Shown here: in pieces, positions 47,220-59,900 of the stretch
Layout: every line of letters begins with the position of its first letter
Numbering within the stretch: position 1 is the first letter of the stretch
Assembly (NCBI GenBank): GCA_964187785.1
Contig: OZ076412.1
Span: forward strand, 53,258,001 to 53,322,000
DNA length: 64,000 nucleotides
Source: Amphiscolops sp. MND2022
Lineage: Eukaryota
Reading direction: 5' to 3'
Made by a program: the position numbers and the translations under genes
The notes under the pieces: model-generated
What the model was told of the DNA's origin: nothing
What the model saw: the letters and a program-made list of their open reading frames with translations, nothing else
Database searches by the model: none

Positions 47220-49100
47220 AAAACTGCAAAATTTTCCAATTTTATGCAATTTTTGTCAAATTATCGATGAAATTGCTGGCTTTGAATGTTGAAAACAATC
47301 CAGAGAGAAAAAATTGTTATCCAAGAGGCTTTTTCAAAGAAATACAATTTTTTAATGAAAAAATGCCTCAAATTTGGACCGAAATTGACAAAATACTTGA
47401 AAATTCAGATTTTTGAAACATTTATGCAATTTTTGTACACTTTTCGAAAGACTTGGTGGCTTAGAATGTTAAAGACGTTCAAAAAGGAACAAGTTAGTTG
47501 TCGTGGAGGCTTCTTTGAAGAGATAAAAGCAATTGGTGTTGAAAAAATGCATCAAATTCAGACCGAAATTAACAAAAATACAAAAAAAAATGAATTTTGA
47601 AAATTTTATGCAGTTTTTGTGTACTTTTCGAAAAACTTGGTGGCTTAGAATGTTGAAGACGTTCAGTAAGGAACAAATTCGTTGTCGTGGTTGCTTCTTT
47701 GAAGAGATAAAAGCAATTGGTGTTTAAAAAATCATCAAATTTTGACCGAAATTGACAAAAACACAAAAAAAATCTAATTTTGAAAACTTTATGCAATCTT
47801 TGTGTAATTTTGGAAAACCTTGGTGACTTAGAATTTCAAAGACGTTCAACAAGGAACAAATTGGTTGTCAGGAAGGCTTTTTGAGGAAATAAACGAAGTT
47901 TTGTAATGAAAAAAACGCACGATTCGCGACCAAAAATGACAATAACTTCAAAATGTACCAATTTTTCACGTTTTCATGCAACATTTGTCAAAGTTCTAAA
48001 ACTTTTTGGATCAGAACGTTGAATACCTTCAACCACGAATGATTTCGTTGTCCAATAGGGTTGTTTGCGGAGATAAATGCAGCTTTGTAAAAAAAGGACC
48101 GCAAAATAGTCGAAAAATGGTTTTTACATTTTTGTTTTTTACAACGCAATTTTCGTAAACGTTTCAACCTTTTCATGGATTAGAACTCTGAAACGATTCA
48201 ACAACAACTGAAAGCGGTGTCCGGTGGGCCTTTTGATGGGACAAGTGCAAGTTTCTGGTAACGAACGTGCTTTAATTTGAGTCAGAAATTGTCGAAAACT
48301 CCAAAAATTTCCAGTTTATGTAGGTTCTTCATGTTATTTGGGACAATTTTCAGGAATTTGTTGAGTTAGATGGTTCAAAACAGTCAAAAGCGATAGAATC
48401 AGGTATGTAGTTTCCCTTCTTGATGAGAAAATTACAGTGCTTTTCATCAGAAATACTTCAAATTTGGAGTTTTTAATGCAGTTTGTGTTCAAATTTTGAA
48501 AGTTTTTGTGACTAGGAAAGTTCAAAACACTCAAAACGAAACCGCTAGCTATGCAGTATGCTATTTTGAAGAGAGTTGCTGTATTTTGCTTCAAAAGTAC
48601 TTCAAAAGTGACCCCGATGAGTTGGAAATAAAAAGTCTAAATTCAACGTTTTTTATGCAAAGTTCTGAATTTTTTGAGAAGTTTCCATCGTTGGAAGACA
48701 GAAAACCCTCAACATCGAACAAATGCGGCAGTTTTGGCAGTTGTTCGACAAATTAGTGAATTTCTATTGAAAGTTACCAAAACTTCCTAATAGTCCAGAA
48801 GTCTAACCTTTTGGAGTAAGCATGCAGAATTTTAAAAAAAGAAATCTACAATTGTGTATGCAAGAAGTTCGTCAGAAGGACTTGAAATTTGGTGAAAATC
48901 AATTTTTTGTTTTTGAAATGTTGATATACTTTTTTTGTAAACGTTTCGAGCAATTTTGTAATTCAAGAACGACTGGACCCGTTATCCAATAGGTGTTTTT
49001 AAAAAGACATCTACAGTTTCTTATAAAAGGGTTTCTCAAATGACCGCAAAGTTGTTGAAAAAGCAAATTTGTAGAAATTTTGACGTTTTTGGCGAATTCG
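47220..49100. repeat. Degenerate tandem array, period ~180-184 bp
   Basis: TTATGCA anchor at about 47242, 47422, 47606, 47789 and 47974; increasingly divergent units continue toward 49100. Confidence 0.7.
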
Positions 49101-50417
49101 CGAAAATTTAAGGAAAAATCAGTTGGTTAGGTTCTGGAATACAAACAATCTGACGAAAAACCAAATAGGTGTGTGGTGTCTTCTTGAATTGTTCCCTTCT
49201 GAAATGGCATGACATTATCCAAAAAGTGTCAAACCTTTTTTTCATCAAACCTCTATGCGTTTTCATAGTGCAATGGCTACTCTTGAGCCTCAAAAATATC
49301 TCATTGCTGGAACAGTTGGGAGGGAAAATATCCTGCTGGTCAGCGGGCGTCTTGTTTCTCCTTCGTTGTCCGGCCACTTCATTTGCCGTGTGACCTAGTG
49401 GTTAGCTTAGGTGTCTGTGCCTGATGAACTTGGGAAGCAGGAGTCTCGTTTCCGAATTCCGCGTTGGTTCAAGTCTAAAGTCTCGTCAACTTTTGCTAAA
49501 CTAGACTAAGTCAAAAGTTCCCCACTTGTGAGTTTTCTAGAAAAGAACTTTCAATTCCCCCAAAGAGTCCGCTCTCCAAGTTTTCTGATGTTTTCAACGA
49601 AGAAAAAAGCTTCTGAAGGGTCACTTCCTTAGGTTTTTCGGAACTGCGACTTTTTTGAAGAAAAATTTAAGAAATTTCCGGTGAAATCTATCTTTCAAAC
49701 TTTGGTTCATTCTGTGCCCGAAAATAATTTTTCAAGTAAAACTGTTTGTCCCGAACGTTTTCATTCCAGTGACTCTGGGACAATTTTTTTGTAAATCTTG
49801 ATTGGGAAATTGTCCACCTGGCCATCTTAGGCTTTGTCTCGAAGCAATTTAAGAACTTCAGAAAAATCATAGATCATTTGAAATTCATTTTTCGTGTCCA
49901 TAATTTTTGAAGGTCACGTGACAAAAGTTCGGAAATCAGCGATAACCTTAAAGCGAAATCATGGTTTACAACAGCATTTTCAGTCAGTACCATATAAAAT
50001 ATAACGCAAATTTTTCTGTCATTCCGTTGGTTTTTCTCCGTGACGAAATAAATTGAAAAACGTCTTAAAGGTGTAAATCAAAAAGCTGGCCCAGTGGTTA
50101 GATGATATTCTGATCTTTGGGTTTATTCTGGTCATTGTCATTTTTTGCAGAATGGCGGTGCTTTTAGAGCGCGAGATTTATGGACAAAAAATCGAAGGTT
50201 CCTAACAGGTCAAGGACTCTTTCTCCATTTTTTGAAATTGAACTCAACTTTTTCCGATGCATATTCTGATTCTGATTTGTTTTAATCATTGTATTTCTCG
50301 AGTCTGAAGCAGGGCGCAAACTGATGCCGATCTCGACCTTTATTTCAAGACAAATGTTTTTTTTTCGGTCTAGTTTGGATTTAGACAAATCAGAACTCTA
50401 AATGTGCCAGTATACAA

Positions 50418-50912
50418 AAAATAGGCCCCTCCGGGGCTCAGTACTATTTCTGCTTTAATCTTTATTTTTTTAAAACAAAAAATCATTAATAAAAGAATCA
50501 TATCTGGAATACCAATACACTCCTGTTTAATCATTACTTAGAGCACAATTAATCACTGTACAAGTTTACACCGCCTTTAATTCTTCTCGGACTAAAGAAA
50601 ATATAACTAAGCGTAGACGAAGTTTCGCATTCGCATTTGAATGCAGGCGAAGCTCTCAACGAACGAATAATTAACACTCATTCGCTTCATCTCAATGACG
50701 TCAGCATACGAATGGATAATTACCACTCGCTCGTTCTATCGCACTAGAATTGAATTGTTGTCGGCAGCTTTCCCACGCTTACACTCACTGCCGAACAAAA
50801 TATCTGAATTATTCAGTAGGACGAAATTTGACGACTGAAAAAAAAAAAGGACCAACTTTGAGGTTACAATAACATTCCTGCTAAAGCAGAAATATTAAAA
50901 ATAGTGCTATTT
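50418..50912 (+). repeat. Dispersed ~470-bp repeat (copy 1)
   Basis: Matches 59396-59855 (atatctggaat..caatacactcctgtttaatc...cattcgcatttgaatgcaggcgaagctc). Confidence 0.75.
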
Positions 50913-52326
50913 TTGGCAGTAGACAAAGTTTTTTAAAGCTTACAAATGCAGATGTGAAGAATTTTTCTATCCATTAGAGGTTCGTTGCTTCAGTTTTTTG
51001 ATGTTTCCAAATAGGAAACGCTTTTTTTTCCGAGCGAAAAACGTCACCTCTTTGGGTGTTTCCGGCAGTTTTCGAAAAAATTCCAGTCACAATTTCATTT
51101 TTTTTGTTTGCCTCGGAAATTTTTCCAGCAAGCACGACTTTCGAAATTGTTTCTCATCAGTAGGTCACCCAAAGTATAAACGGATAAGCGGAAGACTAGT
51201 CTTAAATTGTCCTTTAGGACCCAGTACACAAACATGCACGAGTTGGTTCTCAGATCATAAGAGGTATTGTAGTTGACTCCTCTCTTGCTTTTTCGTTTTC
51301 AAACAATTGAGTTTTGTGAACAAACTATTCCAAAAACCTAAATCAGTAAAGGAAAAACATCGCAGTGCTGTTGCTCATTTTGTTTTACCGAACATTCAGT
51401 CGCAATAATTGAGGGGGCAGGAATAACGTCTAAAGCAAAGTCATGCTCATTTCCAATCTTGATACATTGAATTTGACTTTATTCCCGAAACACTTCAAGA
51501 CGTTATTCCTTAGAGGTTATTCGCACCCCTAAAAAATTAAACCAAAAACGCACTTTCTTTTCAGAATACTGCATCTGAACAATTTTAGAAACAATAAAAA
51601 AGTCAAAGCTACCAGAAACAAAACCCCACAATTACAGTGGTTTTTCGTAGTTTTTATTCAATCGATTCGAAAAGACCAACGCCGCTCCAATTAAATTTCT
51701 ACCGATTGATACTCGAGACATAAAGTGGAAACAGAAAGTGGTTACAGTCGGTTTCTATCAATTCTAGATTCAAAATTGGCTGAAATGACGGAAACTTTAA
51801 ACTTTTCAATTTTTTAGACTTCATTGTGTTTCAAATATGATGTCACACCTCCATATATTGAGCATGAAACGAACGCTGACATATGCTGTGACCTACTTTT
51901 CTCAATTCAATGAACAAATCAATGTAATAAAGTATTGCTACCCATCCTAAAGTCATTTTTATCCAGTTTTCATTAATTAATGAGAAAAATTGGCGCCAAT
52001 TATCATTTGAAGGTTTGGGGAAAGAACACAGTAAATGCAGAGCTTATTTGAGGAAAAAGCTTCAATTCATTCAACAAACTCATCTCCCTTTTCCAGTCGC
52101 TTGTTTTCAACGCAACTTCGAGACAAACAAAAAATCTCTTGCGACAAAAAAATTAAAACAGAGCGACATTGTATTATCATATTCATCGCTACAACAAAAA
52201 TAGAAAGTTTGGTCTACGCATCTACATGCTACAAAATTATCAGCAATTACCCTCAGATTCAATCAACAAAGTAGATCAAATCAACTGAACAATTCCTCGT
52301 TTCAAACAGAGCTATGCTCAATTTTT

Positions 52327-53977
52327 TCAATGCTGTTTCATCATCAACGTTTTTTCGCGCATTTTTGAACGTTTGAGCAGCTCGAACTCTGTTGTAGTTA
52401 CTCTTCCGGCACAAAGTTGACAAAACCAGTCATTATCAGGAACGTCATTCAGAGGTGGATCCGCACACCTAAGATGAAACATCTTAGGGCACTTGTCACA
52501 GCATAATACAAAACCACCCAAATTGCACAGTTCGCAGAAAACACCATCGTCCAGAACAGGCAAAACAGCAAACTTATCCAAAGGTTCGGGAGCCTTTTCT
52601 GTCACTTCATTTTCTTCGGCAGCTTCTTGCAAATATCGAATTTTGGATACGGCGCCTGTAACAGATCTGGTGCCGTGTTTGTTGAGAGTAGTAGCATGGT
52701 TTGAATTATTGGATGAAAGTCTGGTTTCATGATGCCCGTTACTTTCCGCCTGATTCGCCGGCTTGCGAGGTTTCTTTTTAAATCTGGAGCAATTGGAGCA
52801 AGTCGTGAGATGACGACTTCCGAAACAAAACAGCGTCTTGTGGTAACTTTTGTTGCAGAACTTACAAAATTGTAATGCATTCGTGGAGTTTGTTACTGCT
52901 ATGTCAGTAGCATCAAGCAAACAGGCACTGCAAAATTTGTTGACATTGCCTTTAGACCAACGAACTGAGGAATTCAAAAGATGGAGATATAGAAACAACT
53001 GACCAACTCCAGCGCTAGCTTTGAGACCATTGCACCATCGTTCCACGAACGAAAGCTTTTCCACCTTGTAGCTGATACTTGGCATTATGGATCCATCGCT
53101 GGAACATGCATTCGAATCCATCTGGGGATCTTGTTCTTGAGCGATGTACCTTTCGTTGTTCTGATTTGATTGCAAAGGAATATTTAAACAGTCTTTTCTA
53201 ATCGATGATGTTATCTGACACAACATTTCTCCAAAAGATTGAATAGAAATATCTTCAGTGACAATTCCGTCATGAGCAAATCCAGCATTTATTTGTGCAA
53301 AAATTCGCTGCTTGTTGTGAAGGCTCAAAAAGCTGCTCATTAAATTACCAACACAAAGTCTTTGGAAAATAATTTTGCAGCTTTTACAAAACTCTTCTAC
53401 AAGATCAACACTCGAATTTTCACTACTCCATACACTTGGTTCGTATTGCGTGAGGATTAACAGAGAATTTGCAGACTCCAGATTTTCCAATTCTTTCGAA
53501 ATTGTCTTCTTCACCAAGGACAAACTTTCTTTAAGACTAGATTCTCTTAGGCCCCGGTTGTTCAGAGACATTATGAGGTCGTCAATTTCGCTTTCCCTGG
53601 AATAAAATGACCACAAACTTTTGCGCTCGGCTCCAGAGGCAACCAGATCAAGCGGAGGCCATTTGGGGTGCATCGGAGCCCCATTTGAACCACGCTCCAC
53701 CATTTCCTCCATGTCCCAGTTGGGAACCTCTTCGAAACAGGGAGGCGTGTAGTGACCTCTAGTAGCATTGGCTTGAGCCCATTTTCTAAACTCAACGTCT
53801 TCTTCCACAAAAATACCGGGAATCGTTTGGAATTTCCAATAGCGTCTGTGAACTCTATCGTGGCCTAATGGAGCTGCTCCCCAAAGACTTTGTTGCTTCA
53901 ATATTTCATTCACCATTCGACTTTCTTTTGCTGTTATCAATGTTTCCGATTCTGCTCGTATCATCGCTCTTTTCTCA
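52327..53977 (-). CDS. BAZ1A: BAZ1A large 3' exon (WSD, PHD1, PHD2)
   Basis: ORF 52327-53964; CELCNLGGFVLCCDKCPKMFHLRCADPPLNDVPDNDWFCQLC. Confidence 0.9.
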
Positions 53978-56900
53978 CTAAAATACTGAGGCGTTAAATT
54001 TCATTTTCAAGAACTCAAACCTGCGATCCAGTAGAAGCTCAATTTGCACAAAATGTTATAAGAAAATGGGCGGCGTGAACAAAAACTCAGTTGCAAAGCG
54101 GACGTTACGCATACATTGTGGTCTGACGAAAAAAACTAATCACTGTAATAGTCGGGAATATTTTCTTACAAAATGCGCGGGTTAAAAACCAATTAGCTAG
54201 AAAACTATACCCGGAAACATGATGAGCAACTTACAAATAATCAGCTTTTACATCAGGTGTCAACACTTCATCTTCACAATCAGAATGAAAGAGAGCTTCC
54301 ATTTCAAACAATTGATCTTCAGAGAAGCAATCCAAAACGTCTAAATCGTCATCCATGTCTTGTGGCTGATGCTTTAATACCAACTCGAGCATAGACTTCT
54401 TCCGAGATTGCACTTCTTCAACATTTAACTTGGACAAGTTCTGCAGAACCAAGAACCCTCTGCTCTCCCCGAAGGCGTCGTTTTGGTTCTTGGACTCTGC
54501 AAACGGCTTGTCATGGCGCCAACATCTAAGCATTGCAAAAATAATATAAAGTTCTTGATAAACAATTCTGAAGGTTCTTACGTATCAAAACCTCTAAACA
54601 ATTCCGACTAGCGAAGCCAAGTATCCGAAATAATCAAGGGACAAAAAAATCAAAATATTATTTCAATCAAGTTATTCAAGAATGAAATTTAGGATACTCT
54701 AAAAAGTATGTAACAACTTGGCCTGAAAACAGTATGAAAAGACAATTTTGTTCCTAACCTCGGAAGCAAACGAAGAATTTCTGAAAAAAAACACTTACTT
54801 AGCCAGAGCTATTTCTCTTTTTCTCTTGGCGTCCGCTTTTTGCAACTTTTTCAGCTCCACTTTGGCGTCGTGAATACTTTCGGCACTGTCCAAAATACCT
54901 TCCTTAAGCTCTTGTTTCAAGACTGATAATTCACTGCATAGACAGTTCAATATTTTGAGTTTCTCATCTGAAAAAAAATGAGCTGATCGAAGAAAAGCTA
55001 GCCTTGCTATGTGGCGTTTCCGTTAAATATTAAATACTAACCAACGGTGAGATTGAAAATTGATTGGTATTCCAGACGGTTGATAATCCTTTGGTTTGTT
55101 AACTTGAACTCTACAGCCGGACTGTCGTGGATACTGGTCAACATACCTTTCTGAGCCCTAAAGATAAAACACAAATGATATATCGTTAATTCTCTGAGGT
55201 ATCGTGATCAGGAAAACATGAAATTTTCATATCGACCGCCCTATCTGTTTTCGCCGTGTGTCTGTCCTAAAAACTAGTGTCTGTACTAGTCGGGAAATTT
55301 AGTCCCAAGGCAGATGGATATTTTGGTCAAAAAATTGTGAATGATGCCATGACAGTTCGCAACATTATTTTGAACAAAACATTTAAGCCCGACAAACTTA
55401 CTTGAGTCTGTTTATTTCAGAGAGTGACTTGAAGCCAGCAGAGTTTATGAAGAGTCGCAGCACCTCAGAGAGGGTGTAAGGATTGATAGGAATGCGAGTG
55501 AGAGGAAGGCCCAAATGAGACAAACAATGGAACACAGTCTCGCTCGCTTTCAGCAAAATATTTTGACTCTCGTTGCTCAGCAGTTCCCACGTGGAAATTT
55601 CCACTGAAACGGATCGACTTTCATTCAATTATTCATCACAACAAAACTGCAAAGATTTTGCTGGTTTTCGCGGGCGCTTACTTGACTCCAAACGACCTGG
55701 GTATTTTTGCAAAGTTTTCAAAAATTTGGTTGAAAATTTCAATAGTCTCCAAAATGCGCGGGGGCTTGTAGTAACAACATATCATGTGGTTTTAGTAAAG
55801 GCCTTGTTGTGTAAAAATTTGCTCTTGTTGCATGCGTTTGACCTTTTTTACGGGTCAAAGACTTCGAGAAAAAAGGAGTTTTAGAAAAATCTAACCATTT
55901 TTTTGCAAGAAAAATCTAATTTTTTCAACTTCAGAAAAAAAGTTTTTTTCAATACTTGTGCCGTTCAAACCAAACACGGTACCAACAAAATAGGAAACAA
56001 CAACGGTTCTAACGAATATGAGCTTCTGACAAAAACGTGTAAGGCAAACTACCGCAAGTCGAAATACCGAGAGGTCGAAAGACCATAAGTCTTAAAACCC
56101 CATAGTCAAATTACTACATGGTCAAATTACCAGACGGTCAAACCAGATGACTAGGAAACCAAGTAATGTACCACGTGAATGTACCATTATCATTTCTTTC
56201 TAATACCCTGAATGAAAATCATTTAAATCTAGATTATTCCAATAAATTAATAATTGCAACTATTGTCTACTTTATAAACGTAAATTAGTTAATGGTCCCT
56301 TTCTTCACAGGTTATCAACTAATTGCTGCAATACTTTCGATTCTGAAAGCACTGAAATCATTTTATACCGAACTTCACTCAATTCAATTCACTATAATCA
56401 ATTCAAACTAATTCAACGCGGTTAGTTAGTTTTACTCAATTTCAATTGCGCCTAGTACTGTTACTGTTATTTTGACCACTGAATTAGGTTTTACCGAAAA
56501 ACGTGCTTATCGCTTGTTGCGCTTGTGACTGGCCCGCTAACGCTAAAGCGACGCTTTTTGAAGAAAACTTTGTTCCACCGAATTTAAGTTTTCAAATGCT
56601 GGAATTTCTTGACATTTCGGTTTTTTTTGGAAATTTTGATATGTTACTCACTTTTCTCAACAAACTATCACTACAAGAGACGAATCTTTCAACTGTACTG
56701 GTGTCGGGTGAAACGCCTGGTACAAAAACCTTGCTACTGTAAGAGTTGGGAACTTTTTTCGACCTTGCAAATCAGATAAACGCAAATTTCAGTCGTTGCT
56801 TTCACTTTCCACGCTTATTAGGATATTACGTCGCTTTCGTCTCTTTATTGCGCTTTCGCTTACAAGCAACCTAATTCACTGATTTCGACCGCCAGATAAT

Positions 56901-59900
56901 TTGTCTATGCGGTTTCATGAACTCTGACAATTTGTCCGATGGAATTAAGACCTGTAACCAAAACGATTCAGAGGTTGGAAGAATGTAGGATGCTTAGAAG
57001 CACCGATAGATTAATTGGGGTTAAAATATACAATAGCATCTTGAAGTATAAACTGAATTGAGGAAAAATAATTTAATGACTGAAGTCAAGAAACCCCATT
57101 CAAGTACATTAACGACCTTCCTGTTTAAATCAAAAACCCCATTCCAGTCCATTAAAGACATTGCTGTTGCTGTCAAGAAATCTCACTCAAGTACACGACC
57201 TTGCTGTTGAAATCAAAAAACAGCATTCAAGTACATCAAAGGTGGATGTTCGCAGCAACAAAGATAGATTCATCAAATACATGTATAGATTAGTCAATTC
57301 GAGTGAACATTTCATCTATATGCTAACTCAAAATTTCAGTTTGCTCATTGAGATCTATCTCGTATTCGTAAGTTTGGTCCAGACAGGTGAATATGTTTGA
57401 AAGCAGGCAAGAGAAGATGAGGTAGAGGTTGCCAAATATGGAATGGTCGTGCACAGCTTCGGTCAAGTACTGCAGAGTGAGCACTGTGCCATGAGGCAGA
57501 AACTCGTTCAGCTTGAGAAGATCACCGAACCCGTGAAGGAATTCTAGCACACAAAGTAGACTACAGAAAAGACTGTCCCCTGAAAAAAAAACAAACCAAG
57601 ATGTTCAGTAACCCAATTTTCAAATCGAGAATTTGGATGTTTCCCATTAACACCAACCAAAAAAATCAGTAAACCAATCAAGTAACAGGACATTCATAGT
57701 TTAACAGTTTGTTTTCATTGTCCAGATTGGATTGATTAAATTTTGAGGGGTGGGGTGTATGTATTCGGGCTCTGTGGAAATTAACGGAAAAATTGACGGA
57801 CGTTATTCCTATTATCCACCGGATTTTCAAAAGATCCACATACTTGGTAATACAAGATCAACTCCGTAACACTTTTTAGAACTACAAAAAGAAAAAGAAG
57901 ACGCATGGTCAACACCTGGATATTTCTTCTCCCTTGTAAAAAATTTTTCGTTTACTTTCGCACTTGAACCCCCGCCGCGGCCTGATCTATTGAACCGAAA
58001 GCACTTCAAAAAACACTACGTCAAAGTTTTGAAGAAAAAATGTCTTCTGATTGATTTCTCATATTCCGGTGAAAGATCGCACTGTTTTGGTAAAGTCGGC
58101 AATGAAAAAAGACTGACTAGTCAAATGATTTTTCCCACATATGAAATACGGGCGATAATGAAACTATTAAGCTGATTTAGGTGACATTTTTCGCTTTTAG
58201 TGTTTTAGTAATGGAAAATATCTAACCCTGAAAATTGCAATCTCTGGTCAAGTCTACAGAGAGACCAGTGGGTTCCGGCATCTCTCGGTGGTCTTCCAAC
58301 TCCAAGTCGTCTCTGATTCGGTTCCATTTTTTCATCCACTCCGCTTTAAGTCTCTTTTCTTCGCGTTCCTGTTGTTTTCTAGCCTAGAACACAAGTTGAT
58401 GAAAACATCCTCTGAATGCCTAATTACAAGTCGGAAGGGCTTGCTCGACAATCCGCTTTATGCTCCAAAAGCACAACAGTACGTTAAAGCGCCAGTGAAT
58501 CGTATTTGAAAGTACAGTTTAACTTCAGTATCACACACGTGCACTATAGTGTAACCTTCAGAATAACGCACATATTTTGTGCCCCCGCGTTTGGTTTTCA
58601 TCATTTGGTCTTTTTCGCTTATAACACACTTCAGAATAACATACTTGAGCGTTTTCTCCCAACGAGGTGTGTAATACTGAAGTTAAACTGTATTCTCTAT
58701 TTCACAGTGCCAAAAAACCTAGGAGTCCTTGCGCTTAAAAAAACTTTTTAAAACGTAAAGGGGACCATTTTGGGAAAAAGTTTCCAAAAACAGTCTGTCT
58801 CACAATGCAGAGAATAACCCTCAAATTCTTTTTATTCCAATATGTTTCTCTACATCAACTTGAAAAAAGGAAAAGGCACTATGATAGCCGTGTTTCATTT
58901 CATAAAGCGACAACAAAATAAAATGAAACGCCTGATTCAAATTCCAGTAGAACCAGCTCTTTCCAAAAAGAATCTTTCTGCTACACCAAATAATTCCAAT
59001 CAAATTTGAAAAACTTAATTTCCATATGAATTGTTCGAGAGAAAAACAAATTACAAATTTCAGTAGTATAGATTTCAATTCCAGACCGATTCCTCAAAAC
59101 AATCCCTATCTTCGAACTTTTCATAAGTAACACGAACCAGGGTTATTAAAAACGTTTTTTTTTCAACACAAAAACGTTTCTTTAAAACGTTTTAAACTAT
59201 TTTAATACTTTTTAAAAAATTTCTTCAATTTCCGATAAAAAGATATTCAATATCAAAAAATATCAGTTAATTTTTACCAAGAATCATTGAGAGCATCATC
59301 CCTACTATTCACTAAGCGATAACAAAATGCAAGTTTTGACACTTTCTCTGGATTGAGGCGATTTCTGAGGTCCGAATGTATAAACCCCATTGTTGAAAAT
59401 AGGCTCCTCCGGGATATCATATCTGGAATATCAATACACTCCTGTTTAATCACTATTTAGCGCACAATTAATCACTGTACCAGTTTATAACGGCTTTCAT
59501 AACTCCTAAGCGTAGACGAAGTTTCACATTCGCATTTGAATGCAGGCGAAGCTCCCGGCGAACGAATAATTAACACTCCATTCGCTTCATTTCATGAACT
59601 CGGCGTACGAATAATTAAGAACACTCGTTGGCTTCATCTCAATAATTCGGCGTACGAAAGCATAAATACCACTCGCCTTTTCCATCGCACGAGAAACGAA
59701 TTGTTGTCGGCACCTTGAGAAATTGAATCTCACGCTTATACTCACTTCCGAACAAAATATCTGAATTTTTCAGTATCACGACAAAAATTTTACTGAAAAA
59801 AGTGGAAATCTTGAGGTTGCAATAATATTCCTGCTATCAGAGAAATAATAAAAACTTTCTTTTGAGCCCTCCGGTACTTGGAACTAACGCATCTAGTTTG

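Noticed and set aside
47220-49100. CRISPR-like array
   Set aside because: Eukaryotic context, and whole units are repeated without unique spacers.
51139-51160. Hammerhead ribozyme core on the minus strand (CUGAUGA-GAAA/UUUC stem-GAAA)
   Set aside because: Stems I and III cannot be closed around an NUH site, and it lies in a LINE-like fragment.
57827-58009. Extra BAZ1A exon
   Set aside because: The flanking exons already join in phase, and the peptide (RSGRGGGS...) looks like a LINE endonuclease remnant.
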